From NCBI GenBank assembly GCA_038087875.1, contig CM075990.1, forward strand, positions 6,884,001 to 6,948,000: a DNA stretch of 64,000 nt. The letters run 5' to 3'. The translations under genes and the position numbers were made by a program. The stretch comes from Malacoraja senta (Eukaryota). Of the stretch, positions 13,696-26,390 are shown piece by piece. Under the pieces are notes generated by a model. That model made no database searches, had not been told where the DNA came from, and saw only the letters and a list, made by a program, of their open reading frames with translations. Every line of letters begins with the position of its first letter. The first letter of the stretch is position 1.

Positions 13696-13781
13696 CTGTC
13701 CAGTGTTCTTCAAACGCTCAATAGCTTGCTTATGTGTGATGTCTTGCAAGCTGAACCCATCAACCTCCTGCAGGCGATCAC
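13696..13781 (-). CDS. FRMPD2: Exon, PDZ2 (GDRLQEVDGFSLQDITHKQAIERLKNTGQ)
   Basis: gacag acceptor, gtaagt donor, 86 nt, phase 1/0. Not in the ORF track; translated by hand. Confidence 0.92.
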
Positions 13782-14064
13782 CTGTCATACAGAAGAAAGA
13801 CGTTAGGACGGACGTGACATTTATTCCATAATATCAAAGCTCTGCAACAAGGTTTTGTTTCACCTTAAGCCAAAAGTCAGAACTAATGTTAAATGCTGCT
13901 AAAGGCGAAGGATGCTAACTCAGTGTCCAACCCCACACCTGCCATGAGGATGATGCAGACCAGAACAAAGTGCCTGAGGTTAAGCCTCAGGCTTTTTCAA
14001 GGTGTTGTGGTGGAACAGCTAGTGCGTGTTGGACCTCAACAGGGGACTCGGACATTTGGGACAT

Positions 14065-14350
14065 TTCATCTTAGAATAAGGGGTAGGCCATTTAGGACTG
14101 AGATGAGGAAAATTTTCACTTCGCTGAGCTTTAGTCAGAGGGCGGTGAATCTGTGGAATTCATTGCCACAGAAGGCTGTGGAGGCCAAGTCAATGGATAT
14201 TTTTAAGGCAGAGATAGATTCTTGATTAACATGGGTGTCAGGTGTTATGGGGAGAACGCAGGAGAAAGGAGTTAGGAGGGAGAGGTAGATCAGCCATGAT
14301 TGAATGGAGAAGTAGTCTTGATCGGCCAAATGGACTAATTCTACTCCTAT
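14065..14350 (+). mobile_element. CR1 LINE 3' fragment
   Basis: LRIRGRPFRTEMRK...NLWNSLPQKAVEA and 3' UTR. Confidence 0.8.
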
Positions 14351-14719
14351 CACCTATAAACTAATGAACCATGAACTAAAACACACTTTGTGCAAGTCAT
14401 TAGTAACTCATGAGGGCCCCTCAGATCACCAACCCCCCAATAACTCAACACCCCACCAATCTGTGGCACAGTTTCAAGGCACAGTTCTGAGTCTCGCTAA
14501 CCTCCCCTCAATAGTTACAACTTTGACCCCCAATGGGAAATCATTCAGGATCCAGCTCTTGGGTGGTTCGAAGCAGGATGTGAAAGCGAATGGAGTGGGA
14601 ATGTTATCACTCCAACCTCACTAGTGTCCAGTGCAGGTAAGGTAGAGGACAACCACTGAAGCAAGCTGATCCAGAACAGTCAATTGACTCATTGAATGAT
14701 TCAGAAACCCCCTCCTTAC

Positions 14720-14813
14720 CTCTCCTGACGTGACCATCAAGATCCGCGGCCCCTCCAGGTATGATTGCCTTCACGTAGATCCCACCGTGCTTGACACTGG
14801 TGTTCACTCCTCC
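14720..14813 (-). CDS. FRMPD2: Exon, PDZ2 (GGVNTSVKHGGIYVKAIIPGGAADLDGHVRR)
   Basis: ccacag acceptor, gtaagg donor, 94 nt, phase 0/1. Closely resembles PTPN13-family PDZ2. Confidence 0.93.
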
Positions 14814-15992
14814 CTGTGGATCACAGCAGAACCTGCATTAAACAAGCCCTTTCCCACTGGAGATTTTCATGGATGGGAATATGCTTCCCTGTTGTTGGGA
14901 CATCATAAGACACAGGAGCAGAATTAGGCCATTCAGCCCATCGAGTCTTCTCTACCATTCGATCATGGTTGATGTACTTTTCCCTCTCAACCCCATTCTC
15001 CTGCCTTCTCCCTGTAACCTTTGGCACCCTTACTGATCAAGAACCTATCAATCTCCTTTTTAAAAATACCCAATTATTTTTCCTCCACGATTGTCTGTGG
15101 CAAAGAATTCCACAGATTCACCAGCCTCTGGCTAACAAAATTCCTCCTCATCTCCACTGCAAAGGTGCATTATTCTATTGTTGATATCAAATCAAGAGAC
15201 CTCCCTAATCGACTCCTTGGCATCACCTTCAATGAATCATTGGTGAAGGACAAAGCTTGGCCTCTGCTGTCGCTTGTCCTTTACTAAGTGAAGATCTGTA
15301 GTGGGTCAATTCATTATATTGATCAGCAGTTGAGAAACGGCAAGCACACTTCGTTTAATCGATATCTTTAGCAGGGTCTTCTTTCACTCATTAAATTTGT
15401 TCTACCATCTCCTGCGGCAATTGGGTCCATGTGTACCACAGTGTTTCCACCCTGACACCCAATTCCAAACGTCACCTATCCTTGTCCTCCACAGATGCTG
15501 CCTGACCTGTTGAGTTACTCCACCACTTTATTTCCCAAATAGATATCAAGTCAGAATAGTTTAAATTAAAAGTGCAAGTTGCATTATCTTGGTTTATGTT
15601 GCATTAAGTTGAGAGGTGTGAGCTGATAGGGTTACCTGATTAAGACTCTTAAAAAGTCAAAATATCATGGAAGTCTGAAGTCCATAATCCTGAGGTCCTG
15701 GGGAAAATCTGGATTGTCCTGATTGTTTCAAATAGTCATAAGGGATAGGAGTAGAATTAGGCCATTCGGCCCATCAAGTCTACTCCGCCATTCAATCATG
15801 GCTGATCTATCTCTCCCTCCTAACCCCATTCTCCTACCTTCTCCCCATAACCTCTGACCTCTGTACTAATTATAATTATGAACACTTAGTATAACAGTAG
15901 AAGATAGACACATAACGCATCTCTGGATAGAAGGAATGGGTGGCGTTTCGGGTCGAGAGTAGAACAGCGGAAGTAAATTATTTAATACTTAC

Positions 15993-16094
15993 TGTGACAC
16001 TAACTCCAAGGCTGCCCTCTGTTTTAGTCAGCTCCACGCTGTATCTGTCTCCTGGTTTCAGGTCTCGCTCCACTGGGGATATCCAACCACCAAC
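15993..16094 (-). CDS. FRMPD2: Exon, start of PDZ2 (VGGWISPVERDLKPGDRYSVELTKTEGSLGVSVT)
   Basis: tgacag acceptor, gtaagt donor, 102 nt, phase 0/0. Confidence 0.9.
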
Positions 16095-16919
16095 CTGTCA
16101 ACGAGATCACAAAGTAACAATGGAGATTTATCTGTCAGATCAAACCATTATCTGATGGGCCAAATGGCCTGATTCTACTCCTATTAGTCTCTGATTTGCT
16201 ATATTCCCTCTATAATCCACAACGGGCTGTTAATAATTAACTTTCATATTAACAATTCAAAGACAGAACGCTGTGGAGGACAAGTCAATGGATCTTTTTC
16301 AGGCAGGGATAGATACAATTTTGATTAGTACGGGTGTCAGAAGTTATGGGAGAAGGCAGGAGAATGTGGTTGGAGGGAAAGATAGATCAGCCATGATTGA
16401 ACGGTGGAGTAGACTTGGGCTCCTCCTCCGCCTTTTTTCCTTTTTCCCTTTCTTCTCCCCACTCCCTATCAGTTTGAAGAAGGGTTTCGGCCCGAAACGT
16501 TGCCTATTTCCTCCGCTCCATAGATGCTGCTGCACCCGCTGAGTTTCTCCAGCATTTTCTGTGTACCGGTGGAGTAGACTTGATGGGCCGAATGGCATAA
16601 TTCTTCTCCTATCATTTACGAACCTATGAGATTGAGGATGAAGACGGCTTGGAGTTGTTTAGTTTGGCCCAGCTGTCAAGGCTGAATCAGAAGATCATAG
16701 GTTCAAGCTGGAGTGAAACACATGGCACTGTTGGGGGTACGGTCACTAGGATAAGTCTTCTATCCCAACGCCCTGCCCTCTCGGTTGCTTATGTATTATA
16801 ACACAGAAGGTTGCAATTCAGCCAGCTGATTCATGCTAACTCCTTGGGTGCAGCTCTATCAGTCCCGATTCCACCCATCTGATTTCCCTGTAATGTAATT
16901 ATGTATTTATTTTTGTTTG

Positions 16920-16959
16920 TGCTCTCCTCTCTCTCTCACCCTCTCTATTTTACCTCTCT

Positions 16960-17021
<62 letters not shown>

Positions 17022-17180
17022 CCTCTGTTTTGCTCTCTCTCTCTCTCGCCCTCTCTCCCTCACCCTATCTCTCACTCTCGCCTCTCTCTCTATTTCGCCC
17101 CCTCTCTCTCTCTCTTTTTCTTTCTCCCTCACTCTCTCCCTTTCCCCGCTTCTCTCTCTCTCTCTCTCCCCCTCTCCCTG
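16920..17180. repeat. Imperfect (CT)n/(GA)n microsatellite
   Basis: About 260 bp of almost pure pyrimidine on the + strand. Confidence 0.95.
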
Positions 17181-19247
17181 ACTATCAGCACATTTTTGGG
17201 ATGTGGCAGGGCACTAAAGCACCCGTGCAGTCACAGGGAGAACATGCACACTCCACAAAGTGAGCAACCGAGGTCAGGATCCAATATGGATGACTGGAGG
17301 CGTGAGGCAGCGGGATCTCCCATGCCATCCGTAAACCAAAGAAAAATTAGAGCTTCCAAGTAGAAAGGCAATTTAATCTAAGTGTCAATAAAAGCTGGTT
17401 AATGCCTCTTCACAGCTCCAAGGATAGTGATATGTTCATGCAGATTATACTTGCCAAATAATTTGACCAACAGCATCTGTATCCTAACCAACATTTAAAC
17501 CTTAACCAACCATTAAATCAAACATATTGGCTGCTCATTACCACATTTTTGAAAGAATGTAATGAGTTGAAAAATTATTCTCCCTTATCAATGCTATCTT
17601 TGAGAGTTTAAAACCATTAGATATAAAATCAATGTCCGACACAGGCCCGATTCATCTGTAGAATTATTCAGCACTTGTCGCCATATTTAATGAGACAACT
17701 GGGCACACTCAAACATTGCACATCGAACAGTTGTGACTGACATAAATGCAACCATTGTTCCCCCCATTGTTCCTCCCCACCCACTCAACCTCGCCAGTAA
17801 ATATTCATGATCTCCAGCTTATCGAGCAGCAAACCAGAAGGTGCAGGAAACACCCTGAAGGTCAAGCAGCAACTGTGGAAAGAAAAGAGCTACGTTTCGG
17901 GATTGGAGACTTGAAGAGTCTTTGATCTGATGCGCGAACTCTGCTTCTCCCTTCACAGATACCTCCTGACCTGCAGAGTGTTTCTGGGTTTGGATTTCCT
18001 GCATCTGTAGCTATCTTTTTGATTTTCATTCACCTTGGCATTAAGGCAAAAAATGTAAAGAATTAGTGACTAAGTGACAAAGTCCCTCGAGATTAAGCCT
18101 CCACAAAGAATTCACTGTCTGTGACATATTTTGGTATTTTCACCTTCACCAATGAACTAACCTTGGAGGTCATTGACGCCCACAACCCTGTACGGTCTCT
18201 GAGCTCCACTGAGAATAGTGGGTGACTGGAACACACCGCCAGAGATGCTGGCGGAAGAATATATGATAGTTGCATTTAAGGGGCTGTTGGATCACTGACA
18301 GGCAGAGGACATTAGCTTAGCTCGGCATCATATTCTGCACACATTGTGGGATCAAGTCTTGGTTTCTTGGTCCTCCAAAATATTCCAAATGGAATTTAAA
18401 CTGGAGGTGGAAGTGGAAAATTTTAACTGGAAGTGCCTGTTCCTGTGCTCTATGTCGATGGTCTATATCTTTCATGTTGGAGTCGCAAGTTCACAGAACA
18501 TATTCTGCGATGGTGACTTCACGGTCTATCACCAAGAGTGTCCCCACTGATCTAAGGAAACAAGCCTAATGGCCCAACGGATTCACGCAGATCAGTGGGC
18601 CCTCTACCATGTTAATCCCATCTCCCAGCACATGGTCCATACCCGTCTATGCCTCATCTACACACTTGTTCAATGTAGTCAGTAATCCCCCTTCAACCAC
18701 TCACAGGCAGCAATTCTCAAAATCCAAAAGATCAAAATAAAAAGTATTGAACTAATCCGTTTTGTAGGGCAAAGTTTGTTATTAACCTATTGGCACTTCA
18801 GTCAATGACCAGCTGGGGATGGCACCCCTGGAGGATTCTGCAATTGATCGGTTGTGGGATTAGTTACAGCAATGATCCAGATATGTTCACTGTTAACAAT
18901 GAATGGAAGCCAGTTGAAGGGTCTCGACCCAAAACGTCACCCATTCCTTCTCTCCAGAGACGCTGCCTGTTGCATCTATCTATCTTTGGTATAACACAAT
19001 TCTTTCTTTCTTTCTTTCTTAATTCTTATAGATAATTATAATATATAATATATAATTATAGATAATAACTATAGATAGATAATTCTTTCTTTCTACATGG
19101 GTTGGTGAGTTACTTTGCCAGTGGATGCAGGCGAGTGTTAGAATCAGTGCGGAGCTGATGGGAATGTGGGGGAGAACAGGGAATATAAGTAGAGATTGAG
19201 TTGTTCAAAGAACCGCCAGAGAGAGGCCAAAGTGACCTCTTTATTAC

Positions 19248-19432
19248 CGTCATCTGCGTCCTGTGGTGCTGGGTAGATGGGCTGCTGGTCTCAGGGATCA
19301 CGTCCACTGCAGGAGTATTGTGGGTCTGGCCTGTTGGACACAGGCTGGTACGGCAGCATTCCTGGGAACTCTCTCGTCTGTTCACCTTACCCTGTGATGT
19401 TGCCGTACCTTGACGAGCAGACTCTGATACAC
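19248..19432 (-). CDS. FRMPD2: Exon, PDZ1-PDZ2 linker (GVSESARQG...HHRTQMT)
   Basis: gtttcag acceptor, gtaata donor, 185 nt, phase 1/0 bridges the flanking exons. Poorly conserved linker, so the donor choice is less certain. Confidence 0.7.
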
Positions 19433-19719
19433 CTGAAACCAGGAGAGGAAGCATAGAAACATAGAAGGTCGGTGTAGGAGTAGGCCATTCGGCCCATCGA
19501 GCCAGCACTGCCATTCAATATGATCATGGCTGATCAACCAGAATCAGTACACTGTTCCTGTTTTTTCCCCCATATCCCTTGATTCTGTTAGCCCTGAGAG
19601 CTATCTGTAACTCTCTTGAAAACAGGGTGAACAGGTTACTGGGCATCTAACACACACAGAGTAAGGAAATTCCACTTTCACGCTACGTACTTCAGTCACC
19701 GGATTTACATTGTTTAATT

Positions 19720-20030
19720 TACTTTAGAGATACAGCATGGAAACAGGCCCTTCGGCCCTCCAAGTCCACGCCGAACATCTATCACCCATTCACACGAGTC
19801 CTTTGTTATTCCAGTTTCTCACCCACTTCCCACACACTTGGGGCAATTTACAGAGGCCAATTAGCCTGCAAACCCACCATCGTTGGGATGTGGGAGGAAA
19901 CCGGAGCACCCGGAGAAAACCCACGCAGTTACAGGGAGAAGGTATAAACTCCACACAGACAGCTCCCGATGTCAGGATCGAACCGGGGTCTGTGGTGCTG
20001 CAAGGCAGCAACCCTACCGCTGCACCATCG
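19720..20030 (-). mobile_element. V-SINE (HE1-like)
   Basis: Reverse copy of the SINE consensus. Confidence 0.8.
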
Positions 20031-20409
20031 TGACGCCCTGGTGCAGGTGAGATCAAAATCTGTTGGGAATTCACTGGAGTTCATCGAGCGATATTGGCGA
20101 GGGTAGTTCTCGGTCATGAAACAAATCTCAACCTGGGAAGGAACTGCAGATGTGCTTTAAACCAAAGATAGACACAAAAGGCTGGAGTAACTCAGCGAGA
20201 CAGGCAGCATCTCTGGAGAGAAGGAATGGGTGACCTTTTGGGTCCAGACCCTTCTTCAGATCCAAAAAAACGTCACCCATTCCTTCTCTCCAGAGATGCT
20301 GCCTGTCCCGCTGTCTATCTTCAGTTTGTCTATCTTTGGTTCGTCTATCTTTGGTTTGTCTATCTTTAGGTTTGTCTCAACCTGGAAGAGGCAACTTGTG
20401 AATGAATAC

Positions 20410-20526
20410 CTTTTGGTTGAGATATGATCAGTGTCACTTCATCAGGGGAATTCTGAAGAACCTCCACGGCAGTTCGGAGAGTGACTCCCTCTAGGCTTTC
20501 GTTATTCACTGAGATCAGACGTCCTC
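20410..20526 (-). CDS. FRMPD2: Exon, PDZ1 C-terminal part (GGRLISVNNESLEGVTLRTAVEVLQNSPDEVTLIISQPK)
   Basis: cttgaag acceptor, gtattc donor, 117 nt, phase 1/1. Confidence 0.92.
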
Positions 20527-20605
20527 CTTCAAGACAAGAGAAAACATTGAAGCAGAAAATACCAGACCATTAAGAAACCTCGCTGTGATTGTAAACATCT
20601 CACAA

Positions 20606-21801
20606 CTTTTTTTATTTTTTTTTATTTTTTTTTTAAATTTTTATTTATTAGAAGTACATTACATTACAACCACATACATTAGTACTCGTCATTTATATCT
20701 TCTTACAATTAATGTACTCCATTTATTTTTTACACTAGAAAAGGAAAAGATTGAAAGAAAGAAGAAAGTGAAGGAAAAAGTGAAAGTGTAGGAAATGTGA
20801 CAACAAAAAAGGACGAAGACCCTATAAGAGCAAAATTAAAAAACAAAAGAAAAAGAGTTAAGAAATAGACCCTAGGAAAGAAAGAGAAAGAGAAAGAGGA
20901 AAAAGAGAGAAACAAATATTTTTATGAGCATTACGTAAATGGGACATACCAACTCTTCAACTATCATCCCCCCTTACCTGACCTCAATTTTTTTTTTTAA
21001 AGTACTTTTGCACCCTATGTTTGTAATAATTCTATAAATGCAGACCACGTCAGGTGGAAGTGATCTGGTTTACCTGCTAGGAGGAGTCTTATCTCTTCTA
21101 GGTGTAATGTTTCAAACATATTTGAAATCCACATATTTATAGTTGGTATTGGAGCCTTCTTCCAAAATTTTAGAATTAGCTTTTTTCCAGTTATTAACCC
21201 ATATTCCATTAGTTTCTTTTGAAACACATTTAGTTCTGGACCATCTTCTGTTATACCGAAGATAATCCATTCTGCTTTGGGTATCAGTCTTGTTTAAAAT
21301 AATTTTGTAAAGATTTCAAAAATTTCATTCCAAAATTTTTGAATTTTTGTACAACAATTACAAATAAAATATAAACTCGGAAATAATCAATATTTTAAAT
21401 ATTTTCAAATATGCGACTATTTGAAAAAATATACAAAAGATCATTATAATAACCCAGTAGATGTATTGGACGAGGCAATGCAGATAAAAGCGGAATCAGC
21501 AAACTTAATATCATATTTGTATAATATTATCTTAAATGTACAAATACCATCTACAGAGGGTATCAGAAGAGACTGGGAACAAGAGTTAGCTATTAAAATT
21601 TCAAAGGAAAGTTGGAATGAATACTTATTAAACGTGCATAAATGCTCGATTAATGTAAGACACACTTTAATACAATTTAAAATTTTACATAGATTATATT
21701 ATTCCAAAACTAAAATTCATAAAATTTTCCCAAATGTATCATCTATTTGTGATAAATGTCAATCCCAAAAAGCTACTATAGCGCACTCATTCGTTTTCTG
21801 T
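20606..21801 (-). mobile_element. L1-clade LINE, 5'-truncated with 5' inversion
   Basis: Poly(A) tail (poly-T at ~20607-20634), ORF2 C-terminus on the - strand (21353-21015), preceding Cys-rich segment (KCS...FKILHRLY...CDKC...H...C) on the + strand (21354-21804). TSD ACATCTCACAA at 20595-20605 and 21802-21812. Confidence 0.9.
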
Positions 21802-21824
21802 ACATCTCACAAGTTAATCCTCAC

Positions 21825-21932
21825 CTTCTTTAATACGCCCGTCCTTATCTGTCGGTCCTCCTGGAATGATAGCTGTGATAAAGATCCCCAGATCTAATTT
21901 TCCAGTTCTCTCTCCTCCCACAACGGTAAACC
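21825..21932 (-). CDS. FRMPD2: Exon, PDZ1 (GFTVVGGERTGKLDLGIFITAIIPGGPTDKDGRIKE)
   Basis: tttgtag acceptor, gtgagg donor, 108 nt, phase 1/1. Confidence 0.93.
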
Positions 21933-22279
21933 CTACAAAGAGGATAAATAGGATCTGAGAGCCTAGACGTTCCCAGGTAATGTAGCCCAAAGCTTTCTCA
22001 TTAAACATTAGAGCAAGATAAGTGAGAGGCAGAAACAAAGAACTGCCAATGCTGGTTTATACCAAAGATGAACACAAAGTGCTGGCGTAACTTCGCGGGC
22101 CAGGCAGCATCTCTGGAAGAAAAGGAATAGGTGACGTTTCGGGTCTGGACTCTTCTTCAGACTGAAAGTAGAGGGTGAGCTTGAAGCAACTGGACGGACT
22201 GAAGTGTAGCAAGTTAAACAGCGTTGTTCAGTAATGTAACTGTACAATCAGCAGTGTCACAACACAAATGGACCCATAA

Positions 22280-22592
22280 GTTTAGTTTAGTTTAGAGATA
22301 CAGCACGGAAACAGGCCCTTCGACCCACCAAGTCCGCACCGACCAGCGATCCCCGCACATTAGCGGGTAACTTGTCACACTAAGGACAATTTACAATCTT
22401 ACCGAAGCCCACTGAGCCTACAAACCTGTATGTCTTTGGAGTGTGGGAGGAAACCGGAGCACCTGGAGAAAACCCAAGCAGGTCACGGGGAGAACGTACA
22501 AACTCCGTACAGGCAGCTTCCGTAGTCAGGATCGAACACAGGTCTGTGGCACTGTAAGGCAGCAACTGTAACGCTATGCCACCGTGCCGCCC
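22280..22592 (-). mobile_element. V-SINE (HE1-like)
   Basis: Full-length reverse copy with (TAAAC)n tail. Confidence 0.85.
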
Positions 22593-23294
22593 CTTCGAAC
22601 TATCTTACTGGACATTTTCTTGCACATTACGCAACATCTTTTACCCCCCACCCTTCCCTGCCTCACCTGAAGTCGCACCGGTTTCTCCTCCCCCACCCCT
22701 CCCTCACCTACATTCCTTCCTCTGGCTTCACAATTCACAACTCCTCAATCCTTTTGCTTCACACCTTCTGTCTTGTTATCCATTACCCTTAGTCCAACCA
22801 TCTGACGATTAAACCCTCCTTTGCGAGTGTTCACCAATTTGCCGCCAGACCTTATTCTACCCTTGACCATCCAAACCTCCAGCTTTCTTCACCCTCCCCC
22901 CACCCCACCATTAAATCTCTGAAGAAGGGTCCCGACCCGAAAAGTCACCTATTCATGTTCTCCAGAGAAGCTGCCTGACCCGCTGAGTTACTCCAGCACT
23001 CTGTGAAACCTCACCTATCCATGTTCTCCAGAGATGCTGCCTGACCCGCTGAGTTACTCCAACTCTTTGTGTCTTTGTTTGTAAACCACCATCTGCAGTT
23101 GCTTGTTTTATACAGAGAGAATGTCAACCTGTGAATGTAATGGTGGAGTCGAACAGTATGGCTTGCGACTCCGTGACAAATCATGTACGGGCCAAAGGTG
23201 GAAGTTGTTGTGGCTTCTCCACGAGAATGACAAAGCAAAGCTATTTCTCGGTCAATGTGGAAGCCATTTGCAGCCAAATCGCTTATTAACGTAC

Positions 23295-23387
23295 CGAAAC
23301 CAAATTTGGGATCTTTCTTCAGATTTACAAACACGATGTCCTCTTCAGGGACAGTCAGCTCGTCATCCATTTTGCTCTTCAATGAAT
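23295..23387 (-). CDS. FRMPD2: Exon, start of PDZ1 (DSLKSKMDDELTVPEEDIVFVNLKKDPKFGF)
   Basis: ccacag acceptor, gtacgt donor, 93 nt, phase 1/1. Confidence 0.9.
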
Positions 23388-23944
23388 CTGTGGATAAAAG
23401 GTACATGTGAGCTCATGGATAAAAAGCTGATGTCAACACTGCTGAATCTAAGTGGAATCCACTGCGTTCTAGAGAGGGCAGCACTGTGGACCCACGGGTA
23501 GTGAGTTTATCACAGCCCCAACATCTCGGGTTTGACTCTGACCATGGCTGCCATCTATGTGGAGTTTGCACGTTCTCCCTGTGACTGTGTGGGCTTCCCC
23601 GGGGTGCTCCAGTTTCCACCCACACACCAAAGACACACACACAAAATGCTGAAGTAACTCAGCAGGCCAGGCTGCATCTCTTTAGAACATGGATAGGTGG
23701 CGTTTCAGGTCAGGACCCTTCTTCAGACTGAACCTACCCACTGCCTGACCCCAGTTACTCCAGTTACTTGAGTTACTCCAGTACTTTGTGTCTCTTTTTT
23801 AAACCAGCCTCTGCAGTTCCTTGTCTCCACTGTAATAAATAAGCCTTTGTTTGGATGCAAGGGATCTTTGCAGTTCAAGAAGGCAGCTCACCACTGCAGT
23901 ATGAAAGACAATGGGGCTCCAATTGTTGTGGAGTTTGTAGCACA

Positions 23945-24365
23945 AACATAGAAACAAAGAAAATAGGCGCAGGATTAGGCCCTATTTGACCCAATATGAT
24001 CATGGCTGATCATCCAGAATCAGTACCCTGTTCCTGCTTTTTCCCCATATCCCTTAATTCCCTTAGCCCGAAGAGCTATATCTAACTCTCTCTTGAATGC
24101 ATACAGTGAATTGGCCTCCACTGCCTTCTGTGGCGGAGAATTCCACAGATTCACAACTCTCTGGGTGAAAAGGTTTTCCCTCATCTCAGTCCAAAATGAC
24201 CTACCTCTTATTCGTAAACTGAGACTCCTGGTTCTGGACTCCCCCAACATGGGGAACCTTTTTCCTGCATCGAGCCTGTCCAATCCTTTAAGAATTTTAT
24301 ACGTTTCTATAAGATGCCCTCTCATCCTTCTAAATTCCAGTGAATACAAGCCCAGTCGACCCATT
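23945..24365 (-). mobile_element. CR1 LINE 3' fragment
   Basis: ORF 24020-24364: [13 protein letters not shown]...YGEKAGTGY. Confidence 0.9.
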
Positions 24366-24779
24366 CAAGCCCAGAACAACAACGTACAAAAATGAAGTTT
24401 ACAGAGCAAAGCCTTGCCTGTAGTGAGGACACTTGGAGAATACATTGGCATTCAGGTACAAACTATATGTTTTTAACACGTGCGTCTGCATGACAGGGGC
24501 AGCTCATAATATCTACATCCCACCACTCTCCCTCCCCGCACAATACAAACTGCTGGAGGAACTCAGCTGGTCAAGCAGCATCTGTGGAGGCAAAGGGATG
24601 GTTGACATTTTGGGTTGAGATCCTCAGGTTCAGGTTCATTTTTGTCACAAAATGGCACCAAGGTACAGTGATAAGCATTGTTTACCATGCTATCGAATCA
24701 GATCAAATAATACGATAGATAAATGCAATCAAGTCAAACCTGATCCAGCATTGGGACTGAGTGTGCAGAGGGAAGATAG

Positions 24780-25445
24780 CCAATATATGGTGTGAGGGAG
24801 GGTTAGGATGGAGGCTCCCATATCATAGATGGATCCAGGGTGATGGGGTTCGATGGGAAGATGGAGCAGACGTGGTAGGGGGAGGGGAGTGTTTTGAGAC
24901 TGAGGATGGCAGATAGAAACATAAGGAAACAAAATTGGGCAGATGGAGCCAGGTGGAGTGAGGAAAGGGAGAAGGTAGTGACCGGGGCTGGAATGGGGCA
25001 TGTGGACCAGATATAGCAGGGATGATGGGCAGAATGAAAGAGGTGGGGGGGGGAAGGTAGTAAATCCAGGTGCCAGTGGGTGAGGAGGTGGGGAATGTAT
25101 AAGGTGTACAAAGGGAGAGAGAACATAGATGGAGTGGGAAAAGAAGACATGGTGTAGATGACCTGAAATTGGAAAGTTCAATGTTCATCCCATTGGGTTG
25201 TAGGCTATCTATGTGGAATATGAGGTGCTGTTCTCTTAGTTTGCAACCTGCCATGCCCTGGCAGTGGAGAAGGCCAAGGACTGACAGGCCGGGTGTGGGA
25301 ATGGGTAGGGGAGTTAAATGACATGCGACCAGATGCCCAAAACATCAACCATCCCTTTTCCCTCCACAGATGCTGCTTGACTTGCTGAATTCCTCCAGCA
25401 GTTTTTTTTTGCTCCAGATTTCAGCATCTGCAGTCTCTTGTGTGC
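24780..25445 (-). mobile_element. Degraded Penelope-like 3' fragment
   Basis: REQHLIFHIDSLQPNGMNIELSNFR endonuclease-end motif, pyrimidine-rich UTR, and an adjacent inverted terminal unit. Confidence 0.65.
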
Positions 25446-25527
25446 CCTCTCTCCCACGAGCTGAAGAGAGTGTAAGTGTCATCTTACCCCCCCCCCCCCC
25501 CCACCCTGAGCAGGCCGCTGAACTTAC

Positions 25528-25631
25528 CAACCTCATCGCCCTGGCTTGAGATTGCACTCTGCAAACCTAAATACCTCATTCTTTCCTTCAAGGCAGGGAG
25601 AATTTCAGACTGAGATACACCGCCCCTTGTG
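25528..25631 (-). CDS. FRMPD2: Exon, FERM-PDZ1 linker (TRGGVSQSEILPALKERMRYLGLQSAISSQGDEV)
   Basis: Strong pyrimidine tract and ttgcag acceptor, gtaagt donor, 104 nt, phase 2/1 reconciles the neighbouring exons. Confidence 0.75.
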
Positions 25632-25909
25632 CTGCAAGAAAGAGAGAGAGAAAGGTAGGTTTAGTTACCAGCACAGTCACACAGCAGCCCTGGGTTCAGA
25701 ATATCCCAGAGTCCAGACCCATAGTTATGCAGCACAGAAATAATCCATTTGGTCCACAAGTCCACGCTGACCATCAACCACCCATCTACTTATAGAGGTG
25801 TATAAGATCGTGAGAGGAATAGATCGGGTAGATGCACAGAGTCTCTCGCCCAGAGTAGGGGAATCGAGGACCAGAAGACATAGGTTCAAGGTGAAGGGGA
25901 AAAGATTTA

Positions 25910-26390
25910 ATATTGTATTGTTGTATATCTTTATTGTCATTTCCTGAGTATTCGCATACCCAGAGGAAACAAAAAAACGTTCCTCAACCAGTGTCCATTC
26001 CAGTGTGCAGTAAAAAATAAATAGAAGTAAAAATACATATATCATGAACAAATTAACACTCTACTCTACTAAACATCAACAGGCGTTCCGATCGGCAGCG
26101 GCACGACAGTGGCTCTGCTGCAGTGTGTCCAGGTTGGTGGTTGGTGCACGATACTTTGGCAGGGGACAAAGTCCGTTTATCAGTCTTATAACCTGTGGGA
26201 AGAAGCTGAGGAGCATCCTGCTGGTTTGGCACCTAATGCTCCAGTACCTCTTCCCAGATGGCAGGATGGAGAATATGTGATGCGATGGGTGGTAGGGGTC
26301 TTTGATGATGGAGATGGCTCTGCTGATACATCTCTTCCTGTATATGTCCAGCAGGAAAGGGAGTGGAGCACCAATTCTCCCCATGACCAA
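25910..26390 (-). mobile_element. Rex1/Babar-type LINE 3' fragment
   Basis: IIKDPYHPSHHIFSILPSGKRY...SFFPQVIRLIN, AATAAA-like end and (ACAAT) tail. Confidence 0.8.

Noticed and set aside
14814..14832. Upstream AG that might give a PTPN13 PDZ2-like insertion variant
   Set aside because: It adds 19 nt (frameshift) and contains TGA.
16901..17363. Leu/Ser- and Arg/Glu-rich ORFs
   Set aside because: Translations of the CT microsatellite.
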